From assembly GCA_965208835.1 (NCBI GenBank), contig OZ242358.1, forward strand, positions 4,832,001 through 4,896,000: a stretch of 64,000 nt of DNA, written 5' to 3'. Position numbers and translations under genes: made by a program. Origin of the DNA: Candidatus Latescibacterota bacterium (GTDB taxonomy: Bacteria > Latescibacterota > UBA2968 > GCA-2709665). Under the pieces are notes generated by a model. It was given only the letters and a program-made list of their open reading frames with translations, had not been told where the DNA came from and ran no database searches. Shown piece after piece: positions 37,848-48,021 of the stretch (its first letter is position 1; each line of letters starts with the position of its first letter).

Positions 37848-39050
37848 TTATTCAGGGCTCTGAACCCCCCCTCCGCAGTACGCCACGGCCGTCATCGCGT
37901 ACACCCGCGCCACCCGCACCAGCTCGTCCACCTCGACGACCTCGGACAGCGTATGCGCCCCTCTCCCATCCGGCCCGTGTGTCAGCGCGGGAATGCCGGC
38001 AAGGGCCGCATAGGTATTGCCGTCGTCAACGAACGGTTTGCCGCCGAACGGCAGTTCTCCACCCGAAACCGCTTTGTACGCCGTCTGAAACGCGCTGACG
38101 ATCGCGTCTTCGCGTGAGACCCGGAACGCGTCCCCCTGAACCTGGAAGTCGACCGTCGCGGACGTCCCGGCCTCCACCGCGAGTTCGTCGACCAGCTCGC
38201 GGAACCCGGATTCGACGGCTCCCGTACGGCCGGGCGTGACCCACCGTCTCGTGCCCCTGACGCTGCACGCCACCGGGGCCTGATTGTAGATCTCGCCCGA
38301 CTCGAAGAGCCCCACGAATACCGTATCGCGCCCCGACCACGGGTCGGAAGTCTTCGCCAGCGATCGATTCATGTTCCGGAGCCGGCATACCAGTTCGGCG
38401 CCGGCTGCAAGCACATCGGGCGTCTCCGGCGCACGAAGGACCTCGTGTACCGGATCCCCCTCCCTGCGAAACGAAACCTCGAAAATGGCCATTCCCCGTC
38501 CGGCCAGAGGCAGTCGATCCGCCAGATACTCAGGGAGCATCACGGCGTCACCCACGAGACCCTCCGCCACGAGGGCCCTCACCTGACGCCGGTCTCCCCA
38601 GGGACCTTCGTGATGGTCGTGCGCGGTAAGCAGTACACCCCCGCCGGCAAGCGCTTCGGATTCGCGCAGCGCCCGGAGCGCTTCGACGGCCGCCGCGATT
38701 CCACCCTTCATATCCGACGCGCCGGAACCGTACAGAACGCCTTCTTCCAACCGGGGAGGGACAAAGGGCAGATGAACCGTATCCAGATGGCCGTCGAACT
38801 GCAGGGTTGGTCCCGGTCGATCCGATTTCAGTCGAACCACAACCGCCGGCGCTTCCGGCCAGTCCGCGACCGGCCGTTGCACTTCGAATCCGTCGTTGGC
38901 CAGTATCTCCGCGAGACGATCCGCCACGGCGCCGGCGCTTCGTGTGGGGCTGGGCACCGAGATCAGCGACATCGCCGTTTCGACAAGCCGTTCCCGGTTC
39001 ACCGCGGACCGCACTTTTTCCATCCGGCCGGCTTCTGAAGTGTTGTCCAT
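37848..39050 (-). CDS. M20 family metallopeptidase (ArgE/DapE-like)
   Basis: DGHLDTV, LYGSGASDMKGG, GAHT..E. The usual DEE motif reads DHHE. Confidence 0.85.
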   Translation of the reverse strand: MDNTSEAGRMEKVRSAVNRERLVETAMSLISVPSPTRSAGAVADRLAEILANDGFEVQRPVADWPEAPAVVVRLKSDRPGPTLQFDGHLDTVHLPFVPPRLEEGVLYGSGASDMKGGIAAAVEALRALRESEALAGGGVLLTAHDHHEGPWGDRRQVRALVAEGLVGDAVMLPEYLADRLPLAGRGMAIFEVSFRREGDPVHEVLRAPETPDVLAAGAELVCRLRNMNRSLAKTSDPWSGRDTVFVGLFESGEIYNQAPVACSVRGTRRWVTPGRTGAVESGFRELVDELAVEAGTSATVDFQVQGDAFRVSREDAIVSAFQTAYKAVSGGELPFGGKPFVDDGNTYAALAGIPALTHGPDGRGAHTLSEVVEVDELVRVARVYAMTAVAYCGGGVQSPE

Positions 39051-39313
39051 GATACCCTCCCTTGCGGAGCGACCGTTAAACTCGTACCGCACGCGGAAAT
39101 CAGAAGTTGAGAAAAAGGAAAATGGTTGCGTTGCAAGAGGCAAATGTGGTATACATACTACCCGGCCGGCGGCAAACGGCAGGTGGGCCGCAAAAGATAT
39201 ATCGCAACCAGGGTACACTTCAAGTACACAAACGAGTGCCGCTGTTCGGACCGAAGGCCGGCATCGGGATTGAAAAAGCTGTTTTAAAACCACCAGCGAC
39301 TCGAGGAGGCAGA

Positions 39314-40480
39314 GTGGAGCAGGTCAAAAGCGACGATCCCCTTGCAATTACGCTCGGGGTCGAGGAAGAGTTCTTCCTTGTAGATCCGGGCACACGCGAT
39401 CTGCTGCCGGATCCGGACCGCGGAATTTTCGAAGCTTGCGAAAAAAACCTCGGGCCGCACCAGGTTGTGGCGGAATTCCTCCGATCCCAGATAGAAACCA
39501 CCACCAGGGTCTGCCAATCCGTGGCGGAAGTCCGCAAAGCCCTGTTGGAAACCCGACGCCTCGTCATCAATGCAGCCGCAAATCACGGGGCCGCGGTCAT
39601 GGCCGCCTCGACGCATCCCTTTGCAGCCTGGCATAACCAGGTCGTGACCGCCGGACGACGTTACGAACAATTCGCGACGACCTATCAACAGGCGGTTCGG
39701 GAACTGCTCGTCGGCGGGATGCACATTCACGCCGGATTCGGCGACGCGGACAGCCGCGTCAGGGTGATGACGGCGCTCCGGCAGCACCTCCCGTTGCTCC
39801 ATGCGCTGTCGGCCTCCTCACCGTTCAGCAGCGGGGGGGAAACGGGTTTCAAGTCCTACAGGATCACGCTCTTCAGCAGTCTGCCGCGCACGGGACTCCC
39901 GGCGCCACTCCGGACCTGGGACGAATTCGACCGTCTCGTATCCGACTACCGGCGCATGGAGTTCATCCGGGACAGCACCGAACTGTGGTGGCACATCCGA
40001 CCCTCCCGCGCCTTTCCTACCGTGGAGTTGCGCATCTGCGACATCTGCCACACCGTTGAAGAAGCGGTTTGCGTGGTGGCGTTGTATGCTTCTCTCGTGC
40101 GCCACCTGCTCAGGCTGGATATGGAGGGTCGTCTTCCGCCGGATCCGCCAACCGAGCTGATCGCCGAGAACTGCTGGCTCGCGCAGCGATACGGCGTGCT
40201 TGCATTCCTGGGAGATACCGGCGGAAAGGGGCGCATGGACATCGACGAACTGGCCCATTCGCTCGTGGACGAGCTTTCGGAAGACGCGCGGGCGCTGGGT
40301 TGCGAGCCGGAACTGCGCCACGCCCTGGACATTATCCGCAGCGGCACCGGCGCGGACCGGCAGATCGATCATTTCCGCCTGCGCCGCCTGGAAGGCGATT
40401 CGAAACCTGAAGCCCTTCGCGAAGTGGTCGACCTCGTGGTCGAGGACACCGGGCGCGGCATCGCGGACCTGAAGAACTGA
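39314..40480 (+). CDS. glutamate-cysteine ligase family 2 / carboxylate-amine ligase (YbdK-like)
   Basis: TLGVEEEFFLVD, STHPF, GMHIH, ALSASSPF, IRPS..FPTVELRICD. Confidence 0.92.
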   Translation: MEQVKSDDPLAITLGVEEEFFLVDPGTRDLLPDPDRGIFEACEKNLGPHQVVAEFLRSQIETTTRVCQSVAEVRKALLETRRLVINAAANHGAAVMAASTHPFAAWHNQVVTAGRRYEQFATTYQQAVRELLVGGMHIHAGFGDADSRVRVMTALRQHLPLLHALSASSPFSSGGETGFKSYRITLFSSLPRTGLPAPLRTWDEFDRLVSDYRRMEFIRDSTELWWHIRPSRAFPTVELRICDICHTVEEAVCVVALYASLVRHLLRLDMEGRLPPDPPTELIAENCWLAQRYGVLAFLGDTGGKGRMDIDELAHSLVDELSEDARALGCEPELRHALDIIRSGTGADRQIDHFRLRRLEGDSKPEALREVVDLVVEDTGRGIADLKN

Positions 40481-40586
40481 CGGCGCCCGGACCGGCCTTC
40501 GCATTCCATCGCTCGGGGCGCCGCGTTGCTGTTCCTGTCGAAGTCAGGCTGAATCTTACTCCCTCATCAGGACGATTGCAGAAAAC

Positions 40587-41669
40587 GTGAACACCTGCGC
40601 TACAGTGAAGCTGAAGACGGGTGAGGCGCTCGTCGTCAGGGAAGTCGAGCCCCCTCTCGGGCGCTACGCGGGGAGTGTGGGATGCTGGTGGGACGCGGTA
40701 GACCCGGACCTTCTCGATGGCACCCTCGCGCCATGGCTTCGTTGCCCTTACTATATTGGCGAAATTGACGAAAGCGTCGCCGGGTACATGACCTGCCTCA
40801 CATCCGTGCGGAATCCAGAGGTAGGGCTCGTGGAATTCGTCAGCACAGCGAACGAGCACAGGCGCAAGGGCGTGGGGACAGTCCTGCTGCGGCAACTGAT
40901 CGACAGCTTCGAAGCAAACGGCGGACTGGCCCTCTACCTGTGCACCACGAATCCGGTTGCCGGAAAGTTGTACGAAAATTGCGGGTTCGACTATTTCATC
41001 GGTGACGGTATGCGGTACCTGTCGGCATCGGCCGGCGACTTCGATGCCCGGTACCTGACACGCGAGGGCGACGCGATCGCGCGCGAGGCAGACTGGGGAG
41101 ACCTTCCCGGCGCCACCGTCCTGTTCTGCCACCCGCATCCATCCTGGGAAATCAAGGAATACCTGAGCCACTGTTTCCGCGAAACCCGTTTCGAGGGCCA
41201 CTACGTGAAGCTGATGCGCCGCGTCGAGGAGGACCGCGGCGTCATCATCGTACTCGAGAATCGCCGGAAACGGGTGGTGGGATGTGCCGTCATCGAACGC
41301 CTGCCCACGTTTCAACAGCAGCACGTGGGTCAGTTGAGCTTCCGGACCGCCCCGGAGTACAACGACCAGGCGACCGAGCTTCTGGAGGCTGCCGGAGCCC
41401 GTGCATGCGGCATCGGTATTTCCGTACTTCAGACGTACGTCTCGGACGAGGATTCGGACGCAGGGAGCATGCTCCAGGAGGCCGGTTTCGAACGCGAAGC
41501 TGTCCTGCCAGGCCGTCTGCGAACCGCATGCGGACTGACAGGCATCGCCGTGTACGGAAGGGAACTCGGAGACACCGGCCCGTGGCGTCCCCCGGAGGAT
41601 TACTACGGTGAGAGGAAACCCTGGCAGGAGCAGAGAGTCCGCGCCGCGGTGAAAAACGGCACGCCATGA
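40587..41669 (+). CDS. tandem GNAT family acetyltransferase
   Basis: HRRKGVGT..NPVAGKLYENCGF in the first domain; second RimJ-like GNAT domain (AGFEREA). Confidence 0.75.
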   Translation: MNTCATVKLKTGEALVVREVEPPLGRYAGSVGCWWDAVDPDLLDGTLAPWLRCPYYIGEIDESVAGYMTCLTSVRNPEVGLVEFVSTANEHRRKGVGTVLLRQLIDSFEANGGLALYLCTTNPVAGKLYENCGFDYFIGDGMRYLSASAGDFDARYLTREGDAIAREADWGDLPGATVLFCHPHPSWEIKEYLSHCFRETRFEGHYVKLMRRVEEDRGVIIVLENRRKRVVGCAVIERLPTFQQQHVGQLSFRTAPEYNDQATELLEAAGARACGIGISVLQTYVSDEDSDAGSMLQEAGFEREAVLPGRLRTACGLTGIAVYGRELGDTGPWRPPEDYYGERKPWQEQRVRAAVKNGTP

Positions 41670-41711
41670 GACATCCGTTTATGAATTCACAGCTGAGAAA
41701 GGTCCAGTAAA

Positions 41712-42524
41712 TTGTCTTACCAGGAAGTGATTACCCAACTACAGACGAAGATCCAGCAAATCGCCCACCAGCTGGTCGACGCCGGGCCGCGGATTGCAGG
41801 CGCCCTTGCCCTGGTGTTACTCGGGCTGGGGCTGGCTTATCTGGTGCGCGCTCTGAGCCGCAGGTTGATCGCCGGGTTGGACCGGCTGATTCCGCGTCTC
41901 AGACTGCACACCCGGCGGGGGGAGGAATTCCGGAACGCAGCCGGCTGGGCCGTGGGCCGCGTGCTCTTCTGGATGGTTCTCCTCTTCTTCCTCACGGTGG
42001 CCACGGAAATACTCGGGCTGCCCGTGGTGTCCGTCTGGCTCAACGGCATCGTCGTCTATCTGCCGCAGTTCCTCGCCGCCGTTCTGATTCTGTTCGCCGG
42101 CCTTGTCGGCGGACAGTTTCTCAGGGACGTCATCTTGTCGACGGGAATTGCCTACGCGACGGCCCTTGCGCGCCTGGGTCAGGTGTCTGTGGTGGTCGCG
42201 AGCTCCCTTATCGCCGTGAGACAGGCAGGACTCAACGTAGATCTTCTCACCAGCGGACTGCTTCTTGTTCTGGGTATCGTCTTACTTGGCAGCGCCTTGA
42301 CGTTTGCGCTGGGAGCCCGAACCACCGTGGCCAATATCCTGGCTTCGTACTATCTGCAGAAGACCTACAGTGTCGGCCACCGGGTCAGCGTTGGAAACTA
42401 CCAGGGAGAGATAGTCCGGATCACGGCCACCGCCGTGTTGCTGGATGCAGAGGAAGGACGAGTCTCGGTACCGGCGTCGGTCTTTGCCGAACAGGCGTCC
42501 ATATTGCTTGTAGAGAGGAAATGA
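41712..42524 (+). CDS. mechanosensitive channel MscS/TM-helix family protein
   Basis: P.I.GALALV and YLPQFLAAVLIL TM-helix repeats, NILASYY, G.RVSV..GEIVRI beta domain. Confidence 0.8.
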   Translation: MSYQEVITQLQTKIQQIAHQLVDAGPRIAGALALVLLGLGLAYLVRALSRRLIAGLDRLIPRLRLHTRRGEEFRNAAGWAVGRVLFWMVLLFFLTVATEILGLPVVSVWLNGIVVYLPQFLAAVLILFAGLVGGQFLRDVILSTGIAYATALARLGQVSVVVASSLIAVRQAGLNVDLLTSGLLLVLGIVLLGSALTFALGARTTVANILASYYLQKTYSVGHRVSVGNYQGEIVRITATAVLLDAEEGRVSVPASVFAEQASILLVERK

Positions 42525-42528
42525 CACA

Positions 42529-43371
42529 ATGATCGAGTCATCGAATCTGGTGCATCGCTTTGTCCGCAACCACGCCGCGGAAGCTGCCCGCGTTCTGGAA
42601 AACTGCTCACTGGACGATATGACGCAGTTCTTTTTACAGACTCCGTCAGAACTGGCCGCCCCCCTTCTCGACACGATGGAATCGAGTACTGCCGCTGCCT
42701 GTGTAGAGCGCATGCCGGCTTCGCAAGCTGCGGGCGCTCTGGGCGGATTGGCGGCGAATCGCGCTGCCCACATCGTTCGCCGGGTGAACCCGGAGACGAA
42801 ATCGCAGATTCTGGAAATGCTGTCCAAAGATTTCTTCAGGCAGCTGAGTCGACTCCTGGGTTACCGCGAGGAGACGGCGGGAGCGCTGATGGAGTCACTG
42901 GTTTTCACGGTGCCGCCCGAAATCTCCGCTGGCGAGGCGTTATCCAGATTGCAAACCAGTCCGGTCCCGGTATTGAACTACGTCTACGTTGTGTCGCGGG
43001 ACAACACACTGACGGGCGTATTCAGCCTCCGGGAGCTTCTCGCTGCCGATGAAGCGGAAGCCGCATCGGTGATCATGCACAAAGACGTGATGTTTCTGCG
43101 AACGGACGATTCGCTGGCGTCGGTGTCCGCACACCCGTCGTGGAAGGACTTCCACACGCTCCCCGTTCTCGATGAGCAGGATCTCTTCGCCGGCGCATTG
43201 AGGCACAAAACCCTCCGCCAGTTGGCGAGAGTCGCGGACCAGTTTCAGCATGCCGGACAAGCCGGCGCGGCACTCGGTGAACTCTATCGCATCGGGCTGA
43301 CGGCCCTTGCGAAGGGCGCCATGGGAGCAGAAGACCTCCCGGCGCCCGCAGCGGATCAAACCGGTCGTTAG
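42529..43371 (+). CDS. MgtE intracellular N-domain plus CBS pair, no membrane domain
   Basis: Helical N repeats, Y.EETAGALM, YVYVV, LPVLD. Confidence 0.8.
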   Translation: MIESSNLVHRFVRNHAAEAARVLENCSLDDMTQFFLQTPSELAAPLLDTMESSTAAACVERMPASQAAGALGGLAANRAAHIVRRVNPETKSQILEMLSKDFFRQLSRLLGYREETAGALMESLVFTVPPEISAGEALSRLQTSPVPVLNYVYVVSRDNTLTGVFSLRELLAADEAEAASVIMHKDVMFLRTDDSLASVSAHPSWKDFHTLPVLDEQDLFAGALRHKTLRQLARVADQFQHAGQAGAALGELYRIGLTALAKGAMGAEDLPAPAADQTGR

Positions 43372-43491
43372 AGCCAGTTTCGCAGCACAACGCAACTTGA
43401 CCGAACCGCAGTTTACATTTACCGGTCCATGGGAATGCATGAGATCTTCGAAACAGTAACAGATGGGCGCCAATCCGGCAAGGAGTCAGAC

Positions 43492-44811
43492 ATGACCGAT
43501 GACACGAAGGCCTCGCGGGCCCTGATCAGGGCCTTTTTTCGTCTGCATCCAGGTGAGGCCGCGCGCGCGCTGGCCGCCACGCCCGTGTCTGAAGCGATCA
43601 GACTGCTGGAAGGCCAGGCCGGCGAACGGGCCGCTCAGGTCTTCGAGCGAATGGACCCGGATCGGGCCGTCGTGCTCGTGGAGCACATGGAGGAGGCACT
43701 CTTCCGGCGACTATGGACGGCGATGGACGAAAACGTCGCGGCTTCAATCCTGGCCCGTCTTTCGCCTGGAAGCCGTACCGAGCGCCTGGCCGTTCTGTCT
43801 TCCAGAATGGCTGACGAAATGAAGGTGCTGATGAGCTATCCGCCCGGATCGGCGGGCCAGATTATGGACAGCGCGGTGACGGTATTCAGCGTCGAGGAGA
43901 CGGCGGACGATGCGCTCACCCGGATCCGTTCATTGCCCGAAAGGCGCATTTTCGATCTGTGCGTGGTGGACGACGACGGGGCGCTGACCGCGGTACTTTC
44001 GCTTCAGGAGGTCGCCGTTGCGCAGCCCGAAGTCCGCCTCGGACAACTGGCGCAGGGTCCGCCTGTATGCGTGCAGGCCATGTCATCGAGAGAGGAAGTG
44101 GTAGAACTCCTCGAGGCGCACAAACTGGCGTCACTGCCGGTTATCGGCGGGGTGGACGGCAGGCTCTGCGGAATCATCCGCCACGATGCGCTCGTGGAGG
44201 CCGCCAGACACGAGGCCAGCGGGAACGTGCAGGCCATGTTCGGCGCGGGAAGAGAGGAACGCGCCCTTTCAGGGCCCGTACTGGCGGTGCGCAAACGTCT
44301 GCCATGGCTGCAGGTCAATCTGGGCACGGCCTTTCTGGCCGCCGCCGCTGTGGCCCTTTTCGAGGATACCATCGCCCGGTTTACCGCCCTGGCGGTATTT
44401 CTGCCCGTGGTCGCCGGGCAGGCGGGCAATACCGGCGCACAGGCGCTGGCGGTCGCCTCTCGTGGCCTGGCGCTGCGAGAGTTCAGGCCGCGCCGCTGGT
44501 TTTACGTTGCACGCAAGGAACTGCTGGCAGGGTTTGTCAACGGGGTGGCCATAGCGCTGGTCGCGGCGCTTGCGGCTTACCTGTGGTCCGGAACGACCGG
44601 GCTTCCCCTGGTACTGGGCGTGTCCATGGTATTCTCCATGTCCATGGCCAGCCTCACCGGAGCGCTCATTCCCATCGTTCTCACGGCTCTGGGCAAGGAC
44701 CCGGCCCAGTCGGCGTCAATTTTCCTCACAACCGTCACCGACGTTATCGGGTTCGTCAGTTTCCTGGGCCTGGCCACCCTGATTGCCACATCCTTCGGCA
44801 TGGCCCTTTAA
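43492..44811 (+). CDS. mgtE: magnesium transporter MgtE
   Basis: YPPGSAGQIM, CBS pair, RLPWL, GNTGAQA, DPA..S..LTTVTD. Confidence 0.9.
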   Translation: MTDDTKASRALIRAFFRLHPGEAARALAATPVSEAIRLLEGQAGERAAQVFERMDPDRAVVLVEHMEEALFRRLWTAMDENVAASILARLSPGSRTERLAVLSSRMADEMKVLMSYPPGSAGQIMDSAVTVFSVEETADDALTRIRSLPERRIFDLCVVDDDGALTAVLSLQEVAVAQPEVRLGQLAQGPPVCVQAMSSREEVVELLEAHKLASLPVIGGVDGRLCGIIRHDALVEAARHEASGNVQAMFGAGREERALSGPVLAVRKRLPWLQVNLGTAFLAAAAVALFEDTIARFTALAVFLPVVAGQAGNTGAQALAVASRGLALREFRPRRWFYVARKELLAGFVNGVAIALVAALAAYLWSGTTGLPLVLGVSMVFSMSMASLTGALIPIVLTALGKDPAQSASIFLTTVTDVIGFVSFLGLATLIATSFGMAL

Positions 44812-44860
44812 AAAACGACTGTGGAACCGAATTCTCCGCGGGGGGCCGGATTTTGACGTT

Positions 44861-45634
44861 CTATTCTTTGGGCAGCGTCGACTTCGTCGTCTTGATCAAG
44901 TCGATAATATCGTCGGTCACGTCCATCACATGGACCCCCGCCGGCACGACAAAGTCGAACTGGTCTTCGTCCACCTTTACGTTTGTATTCAACGTCTCGA
45001 ATTCCCGTGACAACAGCTCCTTGCCCTCGGCGTTATAATACCCCACCTCCCGCAACAGCCCGTCCTCCGGATGGACCGAGAACCGGACCCTGGAAGGCGG
45101 CTCCGGGAGGTCGGCATAGAGCAGTGTAACCTCAGGGACAGCTTCGAACACCCGAAGGATCTCGCCCTTCAATGTGTCCGTCCCGGAGTAACGGATGGAC
45201 TTCCACTCCAGCGCCCGAAAGGGACGTATGGGATTCGGCTGGTCGGCGTCCGCTTCCACCTGTGTTGACCTGTAGACTCTTGCCATGTTGATCCGGTAGA
45301 CGATCTTCTCCTCGGGGTCGTAACGCCACAAAAGGCTGCCGTCCGACACAATCGTCTGGCGGATCCGGCCGGCAAGCACGCGCGACACGCGCATCCTTGC
45401 CGGGGCCTGAATCGCGATGTCGTCCACGATTTCATATTGTTGGCCTTCTACCGTCAACAGGGTCCTGACGCGGGTTTCACACGTCTTGATCGACTTCAGC
45501 TTTTCCTGAATTGCGACCATCAGACCATCGGTCTTCGAATCCCCGGTTGACATCTTGTCCGCGACCGCCCGCCCGCCAATCGCCATCGTACACAGCGCAA
45601 GGCAGGCCGCCAGCGTCGTCCGAACGGTAAACAT
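44861..45634 (-). CDS. LolA-like outer membrane lipoprotein carrier
   Basis: Signal peptide, IVSDGSLLWRYDP, F.FVVPAGV.V.D. Confidence 0.75.
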   Translation of the reverse strand: MFTVRTTLAACLALCTMAIGGRAVADKMSTGDSKTDGLMVAIQEKLKSIKTCETRVRTLLTVEGQQYEIVDDIAIQAPARMRVSRVLAGRIRQTIVSDGSLLWRYDPEEKIVYRINMARVYRSTQVEADADQPNPIRPFRALEWKSIRYSGTDTLKGEILRVFEAVPEVTLLYADLPEPPSRVRFSVHPEDGLLREVGYYNAEGKELLSREFETLNTNVKVDEDQFDFVVPAGVHVMDVTDDIIDLIKTTKSTLPKE

Positions 45635-45741
45635 GCCGGTACTCCTTTCGCGGGCGGCAGGTTCCTGGCTGCCATATCAGCCGGACAGGCGTCGTCTTCA
45701 CGCCGGACGACCCCGCCCCGACATCGATCCTGATGTGCCCG

Positions 45742-46482
45742 TTACAATTTACGGAATATCATCCCCACAACCAACCCAGCGGCCAGCGCCACGACAACCG
45801 AGACAACGCCGTAGAGACCCCCGTGTTGAAAGGCGACTTCGGAAAGCACCCGAACGAGCCCGGTTTTTTCGACGGTAACCGACTGTACTGTTTCCGAGAC
45901 CAGACGGTGTTCGTTGAAACAATACAGCGTGGCGCGATAGGTTCCGGGCCGCACAGCGGGCGGAACCCGGAATTCCGTACGAAAACCGGCGACTGCGCCT
46001 CCCTCGTCGGACAACGCCACCGACTCTGGCCGCAGCGCGTACAACCCCCGCCGGATTTTCAGACGCAGGAACTCGTCGAACACGAACCCGTCATCGCCGG
46101 GCGGCGATTGTTCAACGGTGGCGCTGCGCCGAAGCGCGCCAAACCCCTCCCCGACGACGTCCAGCTGCCGTACGAGATCAGCAGAATCACTGGAGGCGGC
46201 GACCATATACAGCCCGGGGAGAGCGTCGAACTCGACACGACCCGTACTCACCCACAAAGGTCCGCGTCTGTCCTTTCTGCGATACGCGGCGGCACGGCGT
46301 TCCCCTTCCAGTTTCAAAACGACGCCGCAGTCCTTCGGAACCGTCCCGGTCGCGACAAGCCCGGCGCCCCGGAAAAAGAGGTCGACCTCAACGCGCGAGG
46401 GAAACAGCTGAAGCGACGGCTCCGCCGCGCACGGCACGGCAAGAAACGTCGCCAACAAACCGGTCCAGACCCGGAAGCTCAT
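45742..46482 (-). CDS. TIGR02186-like putative transmembrane protein (TSUP partner)
   Basis: Signal peptide, RRKDRRGPLWV, PGTY, C-terminal TM (LYGVVSVVVALAAG); ATGA overlap with the TSUP stop. Confidence 0.75.
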   Translation of the reverse strand: MSFRVWTGLLATFLAVPCAAEPSLQLFPSRVEVDLFFRGAGLVATGTVPKDCGVVLKLEGERRAAAYRRKDRRGPLWVSTGRVEFDALPGLYMVAASSDSADLVRQLDVVGEGFGALRRSATVEQSPPGDDGFVFDEFLRLKIRRGLYALRPESVALSDEGGAVAGFRTEFRVPPAVRPGTYRATLYCFNEHRLVSETVQSVTVEKTGLVRVLSEVAFQHGGLYGVVSVVVALAAGLVVGMIFRKL

Positions 46483-47471
46483 ACGCGCCCGCCCCAGTCG
46501 GCAAGCAGATTGACCGGCGCCGACAGAAGATCCGTCAGCATGATTCCCATCACCAGGAGCACAATTGCCGCCAGAAGCACTTTGAACTGTTCCGCCCCCA
46601 GACGCCTGCCAATCCGGACGCCCGCCTGGGTTCCCAGCGTTGACCCTGCAAGCAGCATCAATGCCAGCACGAAATCCACCGTATGGTTCGTATAGGCGTG
46701 CATCAGGGTGACGTTGATACACGTGAACATCACCTGCAGCAGGCTGGTTCCCACCACCACGGGCATGGGCATCTTCAGCAGGTACAACATGGTCGGCACC
46801 ATGATGAAACCGCCGCCCACCCCCATAATCGCGGCGAGTATACCCACAAGGGTTCCCAGGCCTAACGGAACGAGCAGGGACATGGTGGTTCCGGCCGTCT
46901 CGAAACGGGTTCGCCAGGGCAGCGCGCGGTTGAGTTTGACGAACCAGGACGCCACGCCCGCCATTTTGTTCACCCAGGCCAGCGGCCGCTCCGCCCAGGT
47001 TATCCGCAATTCCGCTCTGGCGCGGCCCCCCTCTCTGGCTATCTTCCCCGCGCGCAGACCCAGAAGCCCGTCCACGAACATGATGCCGCCCACCGACGCC
47101 AGCATCAGGACGTAGCTGACTTGTATGGCAAGGTCCGCGCTGCCGGCGGCCCGCAGCACCTTGATGAGCTGCACGCCGCCAGTGCCGCCGGCGAACCCGC
47201 CGACAATCAACAAAACGGCCATCCGCAGATCCACGTTCCTGAGCCTCCAATGCGCATAGACTCCGGATGCCGAAGCCGCCACGATCTGATTGGCATCGGA
47301 TGCCGCGGCAATCGTGGGAGGTATCCCGATCATGATCAACAGAGGTGTCAGCAGAAACCCGCCACCCACGCCGAACAGACCGGAAAGCAGTCCAACACCG
47401 GCACCCAGCGTGAGCAACAACCAGAGGTTGACGCTCGTGCCGGCAATAGGCAGATACAGAGATAGATCCAA
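46479..47471 (-). CDS. sulfite exporter TauE/SafE (TSUP) family protein
   Basis: LYLPIA, GLFGVGGGFLLTP, MGVGGGFIMVP..VVGTSL. Confidence 0.92.
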   Translation of the reverse strand: MDLSLYLPIAGTSVNLWLLLTLGAGVGLLSGLFGVGGGFLLTPLLIMIGIPPTIAAASDANQIVAASASGVYAHWRLRNVDLRMAVLLIVGGFAGGTGGVQLIKVLRAAGSADLAIQVSYVLMLASVGGIMFVDGLLGLRAGKIAREGGRARAELRITWAERPLAWVNKMAGVASWFVKLNRALPWRTRFETAGTTMSLLVPLGLGTLVGILAAIMGVGGGFIMVPTMLYLLKMPMPVVVGTSLLQVMFTCINVTLMHAYTNHTVDFVLALMLLAGSTLGTQAGVRIGRRLGAEQFKVLLAAIVLLVMGIMLTDLLSAPVNLLADWGGRV

Positions 47472-47483
47472 GCCGACCTCGTG

Positions 47484-47530
47484 AGAAGCTGCGTTGAGAA
47501 TTCCAGCGGTCTACGCACGGCTGCAGCAGC
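47484..47530 (+). repeat. 47-bp repeat, second family, copy B
   Basis: 37/47 identical to 31794-31840. Confidence 0.6.
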
Positions 47531-47869
47531 CTTCATAATCTCCCACGCACGGTGAAAAGTCAAGCGGAAACGCCCGGTTCAGCGCCGGGAAAGGAGACCG
47601 AAGACCCCGCCGGAAACGAAAAAAAACGAGACGGAGGGACGGTGATCGGCCATTCCCATCTGTTCGGGCCGTCCCGTTTTCACTTTCGAATTCTACCGGC
47701 GCGGCTTAGATTTCCATCCGCGGACGCTCCGGTCTCCGTCTGAAAAACCCGCTGGTCCGCGACCGACGGCGGGTTCTCCAGGCCTGAGGTTGACAAGGGC
47801 TTAGTATACTGTCCCAAAGGTATCTAAACGTCCTCTCTACGTTCATTCCGTCTCGCTTAAACGTGGTCA

Positions 47870-47950
47870 TTGAGCTTGTCGAAATGCCCGCGTTTCACTA
47901 TCCGAAAAGGGCAATTCGACATCCCTTCGCCGACCCTTCGACAGGCCCAG
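47870..47950. repeat. TGAGCTTGTCGAA..TTCGACAGGCCCA inverted-repeat element
   Basis: Imperfect 13-bp inverted arms, resembling a widespread REP-like intergenic repeat. Confidence 0.45.
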
Positions 47951-48021
47951 GGAGCGGCTCAGGGCTGACGCGCTGTTACGTGATCTTTTCGAGGCTCCTT
48001 CAACACCAGAGGAGAGGATAT

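Noticed and set aside
47790-47810. TTGACA and TATACT boxes upstream of the TPP enzyme
   Set aside because: Only 9 nt apart, which is incompatible with a single sigma70 promoter
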